Assembly: GCA_934101445.1 (NCBI GenBank) | Contig: CAKORQ010000002.1 | Location: forward strand, 1-37,541 | DNA length: 37,541 bases | Source of the DNA: an uncultured Bacilli bacterium | GTDB lineage: Bacteria; Bacillota_I; Bacilli_A; RF39; UBA660 | Direction of reading: 5' to 3' | In this document: piece after piece, positions 1 through 9,825 of the stretch | Layout: every line of letters starts with the position of its first letter | Position numbering within the stretch: the first letter of the stretch is position 1 | Position numbers and translations under genes: made by a program | Notes under the pieces: generated by a model | The model's input: only the letters and a program-made list of their open reading frames with translations | Databases searched by the model: none | What the model was told of the DNA's origin: nothing

Positions 1-307
1 CGGTATATCCCTCTTCTTTTAATTCTTTAAAATAAGGAATTATATCCATTTGTAATAATTGGGTAATAATAGATGCTGTGATGTATGGTGAAACACCAAG
101 AGCAAATATTGAAAAACTTCTAAGACCACCACCGGACATCAAGTTAAATATTTCTAAGAAACCAAGTTCTTGATATAAAGCTGATGCCCAAGGGATAGTA
201 ATAGTTGTACCTAGGCAAAATAAGCCTAAGCACATAAGAGTAAAATATATTCTTTTTCTTAAATCTTTATTAGAAGGACTAAATAGTTGCTTCAAACCAG
301 CAAACAT
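1..307 (-). CDS. secY: Preprotein translocase SecY, N-terminal part (the gene runs off the left edge)
   Basis: My reverse-complement translation from the ATG at 307..305 gives MFAGLKQLFSPSNKDLRKRIYFTLMCLGLFCLG...GGGLRSFSIFALGVSPYITASIITQLLQMDIIPYF, which contains the conserved SecY signature. The gene directly follows rplO, as in spc operons. Confidence 0.9.
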   Translation of the reverse strand, partial: MFAGLKQLFSPSNKDLRKRIYFTLMCLGLFCLGTTITIPWASALYQELGFLEIFNLMSGGGLRSFSIFALGVSPYITASIITQLLQMDIIPYFKELKEEGYT

Positions 308-308
308 A

Positions 309-752
309 TTAGATCACCTCAGTCTTGCCACCTGCTGCTTCAATCTTAGATACAGCAACGCTTGAGAATCTATTAGCCTTAACAGTTAATTTCTTTTCAA
401 GAGTACCATTTGCTAAAACTTTAACACCAGATAATTGATTTTTTAATATACCTTTCTCTTTTAATACTTCAGGAGTAACTACATCTCCATCTTTAAAATA
501 TTTATTTAAGTCATCTAAGTTAATAGTAGCATATCTAGTTGTAAATTTAGCATTACTAAATCCACGTTTAGGTAATCTTCTATATAATGGTGTTTGACCA
601 CCTTGGAACCATGGAGCAATTGATGCACCACTACGAGACTTTTGTCCCTTTTCTCCACGTGTAGATGTTTTACCCATTCCAGAACCAGGACCACGTCCTA
701 CTCTTTTTCTAGATTTTGCTTCAGGTAGAGCATTTAATTCATGTAATTTCAT
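309..752 (-). CDS. rplO: 50S ribosomal protein L15
   Basis: 147 aa with the Gly-rich L15 N-terminus [19 protein letters not shown]. It lies between rpsE and secY. Confidence 0.96.
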   Translation of the reverse strand: MKLHELNALPEAKSRKRVGRGPGSGMGKTSTRGEKGQKSRSGASIAPWFQGGQTPLYRRLPKRGFSNAKFTTRYATINLDDLNKYFKDGDVVTPEVLKEKGILKNQLSGVKVLANGTLEKKLTVKANRFSSVAVSKIEAAGGKTEVI

Positions 753-753
753 A

Positions 754-1257
754 TTATAATTCCTCTACTTTCTTTCCTCTTAATTCAGCAACATGTTCTT
801 TAGTTCTTTGTGCCTTTAATGCTTCTAAAGTTGCTTTGGCAACATTAACTTTTGTATTAGAACCTAATGATTTAGATACAACATCTTTAACACCAGCAAG
901 TTCTAAAATAGCACGAGCAGCACCACCGGCAACTAAACCAGTACCTTCTTTAGCAGGTTTTAATAAAACTTCAGCACGACCAACTTTAGCAGTAGCCTCA
1001 TGAGGAATAGTTCTATTATCAACTAAAGATACTTTTACAACATTCTTATTAGCAGCTTGAAGTGCCTTTTTAATAGCTTCAGGAACTTCATTAGACTTAC
1101 CACTACCAAGACCAACTAGACCTTTTCTATTTCCAACTACAACAGTAGCTAAAAATCTAAAATGTCTACCACCCTTAGTAACCTTAGTAACTCGTCCAAT
1201 TGATATAACTTGATCTTCAAGCATACTTTTTTTAGATTCAGTTTCTTTTTTTGGCAT
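754..1257 (-). CDS. rpsE: 30S ribosomal protein S5
   Basis: 167 aa with the S5 motif [23 protein letters not shown]. Its stop is 1 nt from the rplO start, which leaves no room for rpmD. Confidence 0.96.
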   Translation of the reverse strand: MPKKETESKKSMLEDQVISIGRVTKVTKGGRHFRFLATVVVGNRKGLVGLGSGKSNEVPEAIKKALQAANKNVVKVSLVDNRTIPHEATAKVGRAEVLLKPAKEGTGLVAGGAARAILELAGVKDVVSKSLGSNTKVNVAKATLEALKAQRTKEHVAELRGKKVEEL

Positions 1258-1269
1258 ATTATCCTCCTC

Positions 1270-1626
1270 TTAGAATTCTAGTCCGTTTTCGCGTGCTGCT
1301 TCTGCTAATGCTTCAACACGACCATGATAAAGGTATCCACCTCTATCGAAAACAACTTTTGTAATATTTTTCTTTTTTGCTTTTTCTGCAATATCTTTAC
1401 CTACAAGTTTTGCACCTTCGATATTGCCACCGTTGTTTAATTTTAATTCAACAGATGATGAGCTAACTAAGGTAATTTGTTTTTCATCATCTATAATTTG
1501 AGCAAAAATGTTACTATTAGATCTAAATACATTTAATCTTGGACATTCACTAGTACCGCTAATTTTATTACGAACTCTTGTATGTCTAATCTTACGCATA
1601 ACATTGTTTGATTCTTTTCTTATCAT
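1270..1626 (-). CDS. rplR: 50S ribosomal protein L18
   Basis: 118 aa with [24 protein letters not shown] and a C-terminal [19 protein letters not shown], both typical of L18. Confidence 0.96.
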   Translation of the reverse strand: MIRKESNNVMRKIRHTRVRNKISGTSECPRLNVFRSNSNIFAQIIDDEKQITLVSSSSVELKLNNGGNIEGAKLVGKDIAEKAKKKNITKVVFDRGGYLYHGRVEALAEAARENGLEF

Positions 1627-1643
1627 AACTATCTCTCCTTACC

Positions 1644-2183
1644 TTATTTAGCAGCTTTTTTACCTTCTTTACGTCTAACAACTTCGCCCTTATAACGAAT
1701 ACCTTTACCTTTATATGGTTCTGGTTCTCTAATTGAACGAATTTCAGCCGCAAATTGGTTTATCTTTTCTTTATCAATACCTGAAAGTGTAATTTCAGTA
1801 TTGCTTTCTTGTTTTACTTCTAAGTATTCTGGAACCATTACTTCAACAGGATGAGAAAAACCTGCAGTAATACCAATTTTCTTTCCAGAAACATTAAATC
1901 TATAACCAACACCTACAGCCTCAAGTCCTACTGTATAACCATCAGTTACACCTTTAATCATATTATTGATTAAAGCATTAGTAGTACCATGAAGTTGTTT
2001 TGTTGTTTTTTCATCATTTGGTCTAGTAGTTAATACTTTACCATCACTAATTTCTACTTTAATTAAATTACTAACAACCATTGATAATTCGCCTTTAGGT
2101 CCTTTAACTGCTACATTATTACCATTAACTGTAACAGTAACACCCTCAGGAATAACTAAATGTCTATTTCCAATTCTACTCAT
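1644..2183 (-). CDS. rplF: 50S ribosomal protein L6
   Basis: 179 aa starting MSRIGNRHLVIPEGVTVTV, with a C-terminal PEPYKGKGIRYKGE. Its position fits spc operon order. Confidence 0.96.
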   Translation of the reverse strand: MSRIGNRHLVIPEGVTVTVNGNNVAVKGPKGELSMVVSNLIKVEISDGKVLTTRPNDEKTTKQLHGTTNALINNMIKGVTDGYTVGLEAVGVGYRFNVSGKKIGITAGFSHPVEVMVPEYLEVKQESNTEITLSGIDKEKINQFAAEIRSIREPEPYKGKGIRYKGEVVRRKEGKKAAK

Positions 2184-2198
2184 AACTTAAGCTTTTCC

Positions 2199-2594
2199 TT
2201 ACCAAATATAGGCAAGTACTTCTCCTCCTAAATTATTTTCTCTAGCTTCTTTATCAGTCATTAATCCTTTTGAAGTAGAAACAATTGCAATTCCAAGTCC
2301 GTTTAAAACACGAGGAATTTCATTAGCCTTAGCATAAACACGTAAACCAGATTTAGAAACTCTCTTTAACCCAGTAATTACACGTTCTTTCTTTTCGCCA
2401 TATTTTAAAGTAATAGTTAACTTATCACCAGTTAAATTCTTTTCATAATTATAATCAGTAATAAAACCTTCCTTCTTTAGAATTTCAGCAATTCCTAAAG
2501 TCATCTTAGTTCCATTAACTACTACTGTTTGATAACGCATTTGTAATGCATTACGCATTCTTGTTAGCATATCTGCTATATTATCTTGTACCAT
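2199..2594 (-). CDS. rpsH: 30S ribosomal protein S8
   Basis: 131 aa with [13 protein letters not shown] at the N-terminus and GGEVLAYIW at the C-terminus. Confidence 0.96.
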   Translation of the reverse strand: MVQDNIADMLTRMRNALQMRYQTVVVNGTKMTLGIAEILKKEGFITDYNYEKNLTGDKLTITLKYGEKKERVITGLKRVSKSGLRVYAKANEIPRVLNGLGIAIVSTSKGLMTDKEARENNLGGEVLAYIW

Positions 2595-2611
2595 CTAAAA
2601 TTCCTCCTTTC

Positions 2612-2797
2612 CTACCAACTTGATTTTCTTACACCAGGAATTTGTCCTTTATTTGCAAGTTCTCTGAAGCAAATACGACATAATCCATATTTTCTTAAAA
2701 CACCATGAGGACGTCCACATCTTTCGCAACGGGTATATGCACGAGTACTAAACTTTGGTGTTCTTTGTTGTTTAACAACCATACTTGTTTTTGCCAT
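2612..2797 (-). CDS. rpsN: 30S ribosomal protein S14, type Z (zinc-binding short form)
   Basis: 61 aa with two CxxC pairs (CERCGRP...CRIC). It lies between rplE and rpsH. Confidence 0.95.
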   Translation of the reverse strand: MAKTSMVVKQQRTPKFSTRAYTRCERCGRPHGVLRKYGLCRICFRELANKGQIPGVRKSSW

Positions 2798-2818
2798 AAA
2801 TATTTTCCTCCTCTAGCA

Positions 2819-3358
2819 TTACTTTCTAAATGGAAGACCAAATGCATTTAATAAATGCAATGCTTCTTCATTTGTTTTAGCAGTAGTAACAAATACAATA
2901 TCCATACCAGTTACTTTAACTACTTCATCATAATTGATTTCAGGGAAAATTAATTGTTCTTTAATACCTAAAGTATAATTTCCTCTACCATCAAATGCAG
3001 TTTTAGAGATACCTCTAAAATCTCTTACACGAGGAAGTGCTAACTTTATAAGTTTATCCATAAAGTTATACATGTTTTCTCCTCTTAATGTAACTTTGCA
3101 ACCTATTGGTTGGCCTTCTCTTAACTTAAAGCCAGCAATAGATTTACGAGCCTTAGTAACAACAGGTTTTTGACCAGTAATTGCTTCTAAGTCTTTTACA
3201 GCTGCTTCAATAAATTTTGTATCATGAGCACCGTCTCCAACACCCATATTTACAACGATTTTTTCTAATTTAGGAACTTCCATCTTAGAAGAATAATTGT
3301 ACTCTTTCATTAAAGAAGCAGTTATTTCTTTATTATATAATTCTTTTAAATTACTCAT
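2819..3358 (-). CDS. rplE: 50S ribosomal protein L5
   Basis: 179 aa. The motifs NMGVGD and [23 protein letters not shown] are typical of L5. Confidence 0.96.
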   Translation of the reverse strand: MSNLKELYNKEITASLMKEYNYSSKMEVPKLEKIVVNMGVGDGAHDTKFIEAAVKDLEAITGQKPVVTKARKSIAGFKLREGQPIGCKVTLRGENMYNFMDKLIKLALPRVRDFRGISKTAFDGRGNYTLGIKEQLIFPEINYDEVVKVTGMDIVFVTTAKTNEEALHLLNAFGLPFRK

Positions 3359-3370
3359 AACTTCTCCTCA

Positions 3371-3700
3371 CTAGCTTTCTTTTGCTTTCTTTGTAGTTTT
3401 TTTAGCAGTAGTTTTCTTTGCAGCTTTTTCTTCTACTTTAGCATCTTCTACTTTAGTTTCTTTTTTCTTAGCAGTAGCCTTAGCCTCTACTTTTTTTACA
3501 TTAGAAACATGAATAGGTGCTTCCATAGTAACGATAGAACCAGATTCATTAGTGTATCTTGGTTTAACATGCTTTTTGATAATATTAATGCCTTCAACAA
3601 CTACTTTATTTTCGTTCTTTAAAGTCTTAATAATTTTGCCTTCTTTATTTCTATCTTTTCCGGCTAAAATTTTAACTTGATCTCCAACTTTAACTTTCAT
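3371..3700 (-). CDS. rplX: 50S ribosomal protein L24 (with a Lys/Ala-rich C-terminal tail)
   Basis: 109 aa with an N-terminal KOW motif (MKVKVGDQVKILAGKDRNKEGKI). The last ~35 aa form a low-complexity K/A/T/E tail. Confidence 0.93.
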   Translation of the reverse strand: MKVKVGDQVKILAGKDRNKEGKIIKTLKNENKVVVEGINIIKKHVKPRYTNESGSIVTMEAPIHVSNVKKVEAKATAKKKETKVEDAKVEEKAAKKTTAKKTTKKAKES

Positions 3701-3711
3701 CTAAAAGCCTC

Positions 3712-4080
3712 CTATATTACTTCACTAGCAAGAGATACAATCTTCATATAATCTTTATCACGAAGTTCTCTTGCAACTGGTCCTAAAACTCTTGTTCCAA
3801 CTGGACTCTTATCATCTTTAATTAAAACGCAAGCATTATCATCAAATTTGATATAAGAACCATCTTTTCTTCTAACGCCTTCAACGCTTCTTACAATAAC
3901 TGCTTTAACTACTTTACCTTCAGGAATATTAGAGTTTGGAATAGCCTTTTTAACAGTTCCAACAACTACATCTCCAATATTACCATATTTAACTTTTGAG
4001 CCACCCATTACGCGAATAACAAGCAATTCTCTTGGTCCTGAATTATCAGCAACTTTTAATCTACTTTCTTGCATTACCAT
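3712..4080 (-). CDS. rplN: 50S ribosomal protein L14
   Basis: 122 aa with [12 protein letters not shown] at the N-terminus and SLASEVI at the C-terminus. Confidence 0.96.
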   Translation of the reverse strand: MVMQESRLKVADNSGPRELLVIRVMGGSKVKYGNIGDVVVGTVKKAIPNSNIPEGKVVKAVIVRSVEGVRRKDGSYIKFDDNACVLIKDDKSPVGTRVLGPVARELRDKDYMKIVSLASEVI

Positions 4081-4091
4081 AATGATACCTC

Positions 4092-4352
4092 CTATAGAAT
4101 TACAGCTTCTTCTACTACTTTAACTAGTTCATATCTCTTAGTTTTAGATAATGGTCTAGTAGCAGCAATTCTTACTGTATCTCCTTCTTTAGCTACATTA
4201 TTTTCATCATGAGCTACATATTTTTTAGAGTATTTAACTCTCTTACCATAAAGTGGATGATTTTTATAAGTTTCAACTAAAACAGTAATAGTTTTATCGC
4301 ATTTAGCAGATACAACTTTACCTATAAGTTCTGCTCTTTTAGTTTCTGCCAT
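4092..4352 (-). CDS. rpsQ: 30S ribosomal protein S17
   Basis: I trimmed the ORF-track start (4388) to the ATG at 4352..4350 ([15 protein letters not shown]...). That ATG lies 1 nt after the rpmC stop (4354..4356), and the longer form would overlap rpmC by 35 nt. Confidence 0.93.
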   Translation of the reverse strand: MAETKRAELIGKVVSAKCDKTITVLVETYKNHPLYGKRVKYSKKYVAHDENNVAKEGDTVRIAATRPLSKTKRYELVKVVEEAVIL

Positions 4353-4353
4353 A

Positions 4354-4560
4354 TTAGTTTTCTCCTCCCTCTGATAATTCTCTTTCACGAAGAATAGTTT
4401 TCATTCTCGCTACATCTTTTCTTAATTCATGGATTTTAGAAGGTTTTTCTAAACTTCCAGTTGATTGTTTAAATCTTAAATCTAATAATTCTTTTTTAGA
4501 TTCAGTAATTTTCTTAGTTAAATCTTCACTAGTTAATTTTCTTAATTCATTAACCTTCAT
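4354..4560 (-). CDS. rpmC: 50S ribosomal protein L29
   Basis: 68 aa starting [31 protein letters not shown], a typical L29 N-terminus. Confidence 0.95.
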   Translation of the reverse strand: MKVNELRKLTSEDLTKKITESKKELLDLRFKQSTGSLEKPSKIHELRKDVARMKTILRERELSEGGEN

Positions 4561-4975
4561 TAGAAATACCTTCTTTCTTTACAAATTTGCATGTAACAGG
4601 TAATTTATGAGAAGCAAGACGAAGCGCCTCACGAGCAGTTGCTTCATCTACATCGCTGATTTCAAACATAATCTTACCTTTTTTAACTACAGCAACCCAA
4701 TCATCAACATTACCTTTTCCGGTACCTTGACGAGTTTCTAGTGGTTTTTTAGTTAATGCTAAATGTGGGAAAATATTAATATATACTTTGCCACCACGTT
4801 TCATATAACGTGTCATAGCAATACGAGCAGCCTCAATTTGACGAGCAGAAATCCAAGCGCCTTCTTTAGCCATTAGACCATATTCGCCTAAATGAAGTTC
4901 TGTATTACCCTTAGCATGTCCATCGTAACTTACTCTATGAGGTTTACGATATTTAGTTCTTTTTGGAATTAACAT
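4550..4975 (-). CDS. rplP: 50S ribosomal protein L16
   Basis: 141 aa starting [14 protein letters not shown]. Confidence 0.96.
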   Translation of the reverse strand: MLIPKRTKYRKPHRVSYDGHAKGNTELHLGEYGLMAKEGAWISARQIEAARIAMTRYMKRGGKVYINIFPHLALTKKPLETRQGTGKGNVDDWVAVVKKGKIMFEISDVDEATAREALRLASHKLPVTCKFVKKEGISNEG

Positions 4976-5633
4976 TTATAGTCTCTCCCTTCTTAACATT
5001 TTTAGTTGGAAGAATTTCTCCTTTATAAATCCAAACTTTAACACCAATGATACCATAAGTAGTTAAAGCCTCAGCAGTGCCATAATCAATGTCAGCACGA
5101 ACAGTATGTAAAGGAACTGTACCTTCTGTATAACCTTCGTTTCTTGCCATTTCAGCACCACCAACACGACCAGATACTAAAGTTTTAATACCTTTAGCGC
5201 CAGCCTTCATAGCATTTCTAATTGCACGTTTTTGAACACTTCTAAATGGTGCTCTTGCTTCAATTTGTAAAGCAATATTTTGTGCAACAATTTGTGCATT
5301 TAAATCTGGATTTTTAACTTCAACGATAGATAAATAAATATCTTCGCCAACTAATTTTTTTAATTTATTTCTTAATTTTTCGATGTCTTCTCCACCTTTA
5401 CCAATGATTACTCCTGGTTTAGCAGATTTAATAGTAACATCGCATCTTTTGTCATTTCTTTCAATAACGATTGAGGCAACTGCTGCTTCTTTTAGTTCTT
5501 TTGCTAAGAATGAACGAATTTTAATATCATTATTTAAACATTTAGCAAAATCATTATTGTTGGCAAACCATTTAGATTCCCAATCTTTATTAACACCAAT
5601 TCTTAAGCCAATTGGACTTACCTTTTGTCCCAT
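4953..5633 (-). CDS. rpsC: 30S ribosomal protein S3
   Basis: 226 aa starting [22 protein letters not shown], with a KH domain [10 protein letters not shown]. Confidence 0.96.
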   Translation of the reverse strand: MGQKVSPIGLRIGVNKDWESKWFANNNDFAKCLNNDIKIRSFLAKELKEAAVASIVIERNDKRCDVTIKSAKPGVIIGKGGEDIEKLRNKLKKLVGEDIYLSIVEVKNPDLNAQIVAQNIALQIEARAPFRSVQKRAIRNAMKAGAKGIKTLVSGRVGGAEMARNEGYTEGTVPLHTVRADIDYGTAEALTTYGIIGVKVWIYKGEILPTKNVKKGETINVNSKKN

Positions 5634-5980
5634 TATTTTGCCTCCTTAACGTTATCAATAACTTTAATAGTTATATGACTAGTACGTTTATCGTGTCTAT
5701 CAACATTTGAACGACTACCAAATCTAATTTTCTTACGAGTTACACCTGGATTAATGTAACATTCACTGATAACTAGATCGGATTCTTTAGCGCCATTATT
5801 ATTAACAGCGTTTGCAACAGCACTATTTAAAACTTTGCTGATTAAACGACTAGCTTTTGTATTTGTATTAGCTAAAATACCTTGTGCAGTCTTAACATCC
5901 TTACCGCGAACTAAATCAAGAGTCATTCTTGCCTTACGTGGAGGAACTTGTGCACCTTTATGTATTGCGTATGCTTCCAT
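5633..5980 (-). CDS. rplV: 50S ribosomal protein L22
   Basis: 115 aa. It contains [16 protein letters not shown] and ends with the ...SHITIKV motif. Confidence 0.95.
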   Translation of the reverse strand: MEAYAIHKGAQVPPRKARMTLDLVRGKDVKTAQGILANTNTKASRLISKVLNSAVANAVNNNGAKESDLVISECYINPGVTRKKIRFGSRSNVDRHDKRTSHITIKVIDNVKEAK

Positions 5981-5994
5981 TCTAATTATCCTTC

Positions 5995-6258
5995 CTATTT
6001 TTGACCAGCATGGCCACCAAATTTACGAGTTAACGCAAATTCACCAAGCTTATGTCCTACCATATCTTCAGTTATATAAACTGGAATAAATTCTTTTCCG
6101 TTATGAACAGCAATTGTATGTCCTACAAAGTCAGGGAAAATTGTTGAACGACGTGAATAAGTTTTAACAACTTCTTTTTTACCAGTTTCATTTAATTTTT
6201 GAACTTTCTTAAGTAATCTATCGAATACATAAGGTCCTTTTTTTAAACTTCTTGCCAT
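5995..6258 (-). CDS. rpsS: 30S ribosomal protein S19
   Basis: 87 aa starting [11 protein letters not shown], with [29 protein letters not shown]. Confidence 0.96.
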   Translation of the reverse strand: MARSLKKGPYVFDRLLKKVQKLNETGKKEVVKTYSRRSTIFPDFVGHTIAVHNGKEFIPVYITEDMVGHKLGEFALTRKFGGHAGQK

Positions 6259-6270
6259 TATTAAATCCTC

Positions 6271-7101
6271 CTATTTCTTTCTACGACTAACAATTAACTT
6301 GTCAGATGCTTTTTTATTTTTTCTAGTCTTTAAGCCTAGAGCAGGTTTACCCCAAGGAGTCATTGGTGCCTTACGTCCAATTGGAGTACGGCCTTCACCA
6401 CCACCATGTGGGTGATCATTAGGGTTCATAACAGAACCACGGTTTGTTGGTGTAACGCCCATATGACGTTTTCTACCAGCCTTACCAATATTTACAAGTT
6501 CAAAATCTTCATTACCTACAACACCGATTGTAGCCATACAAGTACCAAGAACTTTTCTTGTTTCGCCTGATTGTAATCTTAACATTACATATTTACCTTC
6601 ACGACCAAGAATTTGTGCGCTGGCCCCAGCAGAACGAGCTAGTTCAGCACCCTTTCCAGGTTGAAGTTCGATGCAATGAACAACAGTACCAACAGGAATA
6701 ACTTCTAGAGGAAGAGCATTACCAACTTTAATATCAGCATCTCTACCAGATTCAATAATCATTCCTACTTTTAAATCTTTTGGTGCGATAATATATCTTT
6801 TTTCACCATCTAAATAATTAATAAGAGCAATATTAGCATTACGATTTGGATCATATTCAATAGTAGCAACCTTACCAGTTACACCAGTTTTATTTCTCTT
6901 AAAATCAATTATTCTATATTTTTGTTTAGCGCCGCCACCAATGTGTTGAACAGTCATTCTACCTTGATTATTTCTACCACCAGATTTAGTCTTTTTAGCT
7001 AAAAGACTTTTTTCAGGAGTAGTAGTAGTAATTTCTGTATTAGCAAGTGTCGACATACCTCTTCTACCATTAGTAGTAGGTTTATATTTCTTAATTGGCA
7101 T
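6271..7101 (-). CDS. rplB: 50S ribosomal protein L2
   Basis: 276 aa starting [17 protein letters not shown], with [15 protein letters not shown]. Confidence 0.97.
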   Translation of the reverse strand: MPIKKYKPTTNGRRGMSTLANTEITTTTPEKSLLAKKTKSGGRNNQGRMTVQHIGGGAKQKYRIIDFKRNKTGVTGKVATIEYDPNRNANIALINYLDGEKRYIIAPKDLKVGMIIESGRDADIKVGNALPLEVIPVGTVVHCIELQPGKGAELARSAGASAQILGREGKYVMLRLQSGETRKVLGTCMATIGVVGNEDFELVNIGKAGRKRHMGVTPTNRGSVMNPNDHPHGGGEGRTPIGRKAPMTPWGKPALGLKTRKNKKASDKLIVSRRKK

Positions 7102-7117
7102 AATATCAGCTCCTATC

Positions 7118-7393
7118 CTAATATTCTATCTTTTCGCCATCTTTTAATGTAACGATAGCCTTCTTGTAAGTCTTAGTTTTACCTGTATAACGACCTACTC
7201 TTTTACTTTTTGCTTTAGTATTTACAGTATTAACGCTTGCAACCTTAACACCAAAATATTTTTCAATAGCATTTTTAATTTGGATTTTGTTAGCACTTTT
7301 ATTAACTTTAAATGTATATACACCATTATTTTTAGCATACATAGATTTTTCAGTTATAACAGGTGCAATAATTACATCAGTATAATCTTTCAT
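7118..7393 (-). CDS. rplW: 50S ribosomal protein L23
   Basis: 91 aa containing [10 protein letters not shown] and [17 protein letters not shown]. Confidence 0.95.
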   Translation of the reverse strand: MKDYTDVIIAPVITEKSMYAKNNGVYTFKVNKSANKIQIKNAIEKYFGVKVASVNTVNTKAKSKRVGRYTGKTKTYKKAIVTLKDGEKIEY

Positions 7394-8016
7394 TATTTAA
7401 GTGCCTCCTCTATCATCTTAACAGCAGCTTCTTCAACAACTACATAATCAGCATTTACTAAATCATAGCAGTTAATTTCATCGCTCATAAGTGTATAAAC
7501 ATAGCCAAGATTTCTTGTTGCTAAATATAGATTAGCAGCCTCATCAGCAGTTACAAATAACACTTTGCCGTCTAAGCCTAAAGTCTTAATTAATTCTTTA
7601 ACTGTCTTAGTTTTGCTATCAGCGATTGCTAAAGAATCAACAACAATTAATTCTTTATTATTAACTTTATCAGTTAAAGCGCTCTTAAGAGCTAAGCTTC
7701 TTTCTTTTTTATTCATTTTGAATGTGTAATCACGAGGAACTACGCCACCAGCGATTCCACCACCACGCCATTGTGTAGCACGAATACTACCTTGACGAGC
7801 ACGACCAGTACCTTTTTGTCTCCAAGGTTTTCTTCCACCACCAGATACTTCAGCAACTGTCTTAGTTTTTGCAGTTCCCTGTCTAGTAGCAGCAAGTTGT
7901 AAATCGATTGCTTTTTTTAAAACAACTTCATTTACTTCAACGCCAAATACTTTGGCATTTAATGTTAAATCTTTAGTTTTTTCATTTTTTAAATTCTTTA
8001 CTTCAACTTTTGCCAT
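7393..8016 (-). CDS. rplD: 50S ribosomal protein L4
   Basis: 207 aa containing [30 protein letters not shown]. Confidence 0.96.
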   Translation of the reverse strand: MAKVEVKNLKNEKTKDLTLNAKVFGVEVNEVVLKKAIDLQLAATRQGTAKTKTVAEVSGGGRKPWRQKGTGRARQGSIRATQWRGGGIAGGVVPRDYTFKMNKKERSLALKSALTDKVNNKELIVVDSLAIADSKTKTVKELIKTLGLDGKVLFVTADEAANLYLATRNLGYVYTLMSDEINCYDLVNADYVVVEEAAVKMIEEALK

Positions 8017-8039
8017 AGATTAATCACCTTTCTAGAAAA

Positions 8040-8759
8040 TTAATTTTCTTGGCTTTCTTCTTTAGCTTCTGCATCGTCGTTAGCAACGCTATCAACAACT
8101 GTTTCATATGAAACTAATTCATTATTTTCTGCTTTTCTTTCATTTTTAGCAGCAGATTTAATTAAAACTAAAGATTGTTTTGCACCGGGAACATTACCAC
8201 TAACTAAAATATAGTTTTCTGCTGGATTTGCTTCAACTACTACTAAATTTTGAATAGTAACAGTTTCACAACCCATATGTCCTGGTAATGCCTTACCTGG
8301 TAATACTCTCATTGGTCTCATAGTACCCATTGAACCTGGTCTTCTATGATAACGTGATCCGTGTGCAGATGGACCACTCTTTTGGCCATGGCGTTTAATA
8401 ACACCTTGTGTTCCGTGGCCTTTACTTGTTCCTGTAACATCTACTACTTCACCAGCAGCAAATAAGGAAGCATCTATTGTATCCCCTAAGTTATAAGAGC
8501 CTTCATAATCTCTTATTTCTTTTAAGAAGCGCTTAGGATTTGTATTAGCCTTTTTAGCATGACCAATACTAGCTTTAGTGGCGTTCTTTTCTTTTTTGTC
8601 ACATACGCCTAATTGAATGGCATTATAACCGTCATTTTCAACAGTTTTAACTTGCATAACGGTATTTTTTTCAACTTCAATTACTGTGACAGGAATTACT
8701 TTACCTTCTTTAGTGAAGACTTCAGTCATTCCAACCTTACGTCCTAAGATTCCTTTCAT
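8040..8759 (-). CDS. rplC: 50S ribosomal protein L3 (with an acidic C-terminal extension)
   Basis: 239 aa starting [15 protein letters not shown], with [17 protein letters not shown]. There are about 30 extra acidic residues at the C-terminus. Confidence 0.95.
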   Translation of the reverse strand: MKGILGRKVGMTEVFTKEGKVIPVTVIEVEKNTVMQVKTVENDGYNAIQLGVCDKKEKNATKASIGHAKKANTNPKRFLKEIRDYEGSYNLGDTIDASLFAAGEVVDVTGTSKGHGTQGVIKRHGQKSGPSAHGSRYHRRPGSMGTMRPMRVLPGKALPGHMGCETVTIQNLVVVEANPAENYILVSGNVPGAKQSLVLIKSAAKNERKAENNELVSYETVVDSVANDDAEAKEESQEN

Positions 8760-8779
8760 AATTTTTCCTCCATTATTTA

Positions 8780-9085
8780 TTATAATTGTTTAATACTAAT
8801 TGCAACTCCACTTGGTAAGTCTAAACGACTTAGAGCCTCAATAGTTTCTTTACTAGGTTCTTTTACTTCAATTAGTCTCTTGTGAGTACGCGATTCAAAT
8901 TGTTCACGTGCATCTTTGTACTTATGTACAGCTCTTAATACTGTAACCTTTTCGATTTCAGTAGGAAGAGGAATTGGACCAGAAATAGTTCCCCCAGTTC
9001 TTTTTACAACATCTACAATCTTACCAGCAGCTAAATCAATACTTCTATGATCATATGCTTTAAGATTAATGCGTATTTTTGACAT
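8780..9085 (-). CDS. rpsJ: 30S ribosomal protein S10
   Basis: 101 aa starting [18 protein letters not shown]. It is the first gene of the S10 operon. Confidence 0.96.
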   Translation of the reverse strand: MSKIRINLKAYDHRSIDLAAGKIVDVVKRTGGTISGPIPLPTEIEKVTVLRAVHKYKDAREQFESRTHKRLIEVKEPSKETIEALSRLDLPSGVAISIKQL

Positions 9086-9222
9086 TATATGTCCTCCCTT
9101 CGCCTATATCTAGTATAGACTTGCTCCGTAATGAATTACCTGAATTAGGCATTTTTGATTAATTTTTATCAATCAACCTTGCCTAGCGTATCAGCAACCT
9201 CACACATCCCTGCAGTCATACA
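9086..9222 (-). promoter_or_regulatory. Structured ~135-nt 5' leader of the S10 operon
   Basis: This stretch has locally higher GC than the surrounding spacers. On the minus strand there is a hairpin GGCA-agg-TTGATT-gataaaaatt-AATCAA-aaa-TGCC (9148..9183). There are also small stems GTAA/TTAC and CTATA/TATAG just before the SD GGGAGG. Confidence 0.45.
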
Positions 9223-9228
9223 ATCAAA

Positions 9229-9258
9229 ATAATACCATATATTATCCCTAGAAATCAA
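9229..9258 (-). promoter_or_regulatory. Sigma-A-type promoter of the S10 operon
   Basis: On the minus strand: -35 TTGATT (9258..9253), an 18-nt spacer, and an extended -10 TGgTATTAT (9237..9229). An A-rich tract lies upstream. Confidence 0.55.
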
Positions 9259-9825
9259 GCATTTTTGCACATTTTTCGTATAAATTTTTTTGAGAATTTT
9301 TTGGTTAAACTAAGGATATTTTTCTAACAAAAATAATTCCTTATTAATTTATTTATTAAAATTTTTAAAATAATCTTCATAATTTTTAGGTTTCAACGAT
9401 TGTTTTATCGAATGCCAAATATTTAATAAAACTTCATACTTAGTATCAAAAAAAGCCCCCATCATATTATGAGAACTTTAATATTAAAATATCATTCAAA
9501 CCAAAGACATGATTTTATTAATCAATTTAATATCTAGAGCATTTTCTAAAGTATCTAAGACACTATCTATTTTACTTTTTAACCTCTTGGCTCTCCTGAT
9601 ATTTGTTTTATCATAAACGTCTTTAACCTTAACTTTCAATTTATTTAATTTTATTACATTTGACTTCAATGTATTTAATTTCAATCTATCAAATTTATTT
9701 AATCTCAATCCATCAGGTTTCAGTTTATTTACTTTTAAGTTATTATTTTTAAATTTTTAGATTCTTCGCCAACTTTATCTAAATAAACTTTTTTCTTTTT
9801 TTCTTCTTTCTATTATTAGGATAAC

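Noticed and set aside
716-1003. 95-aa plus-strand ORF
   Set aside because: It is a shadow ORF antisense to rplO/rpsE, with low-complexity hydrophobic content and no SD.
5383-6089. Two plus-strand ORFs (5383..5649 and 5835..6089)
   Set aside because: They are shadow ORFs antisense to rpsC, rplV and rpsS, which are unambiguous.
9448-9460. GGGGGCTTTTTTT on the minus strand, which looks like a terminator tail
   Set aside because: There is no complementary C-run or stem upstream on either strand, so it is not a credible intrinsic terminator.
9496-9708. 70-aa Lys-rich ORF (MRLNKFDRLKLNTLK...) in the gpmI-rpsJ gap
   Set aside because: Its start is a TTG with no SD. There is no in-frame ATG until the last few codons, and the K/L/N periodicity simply mirrors the degenerate AT-rich DNA repeats. 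I treat it as non-coding unless expression data say otherwise.
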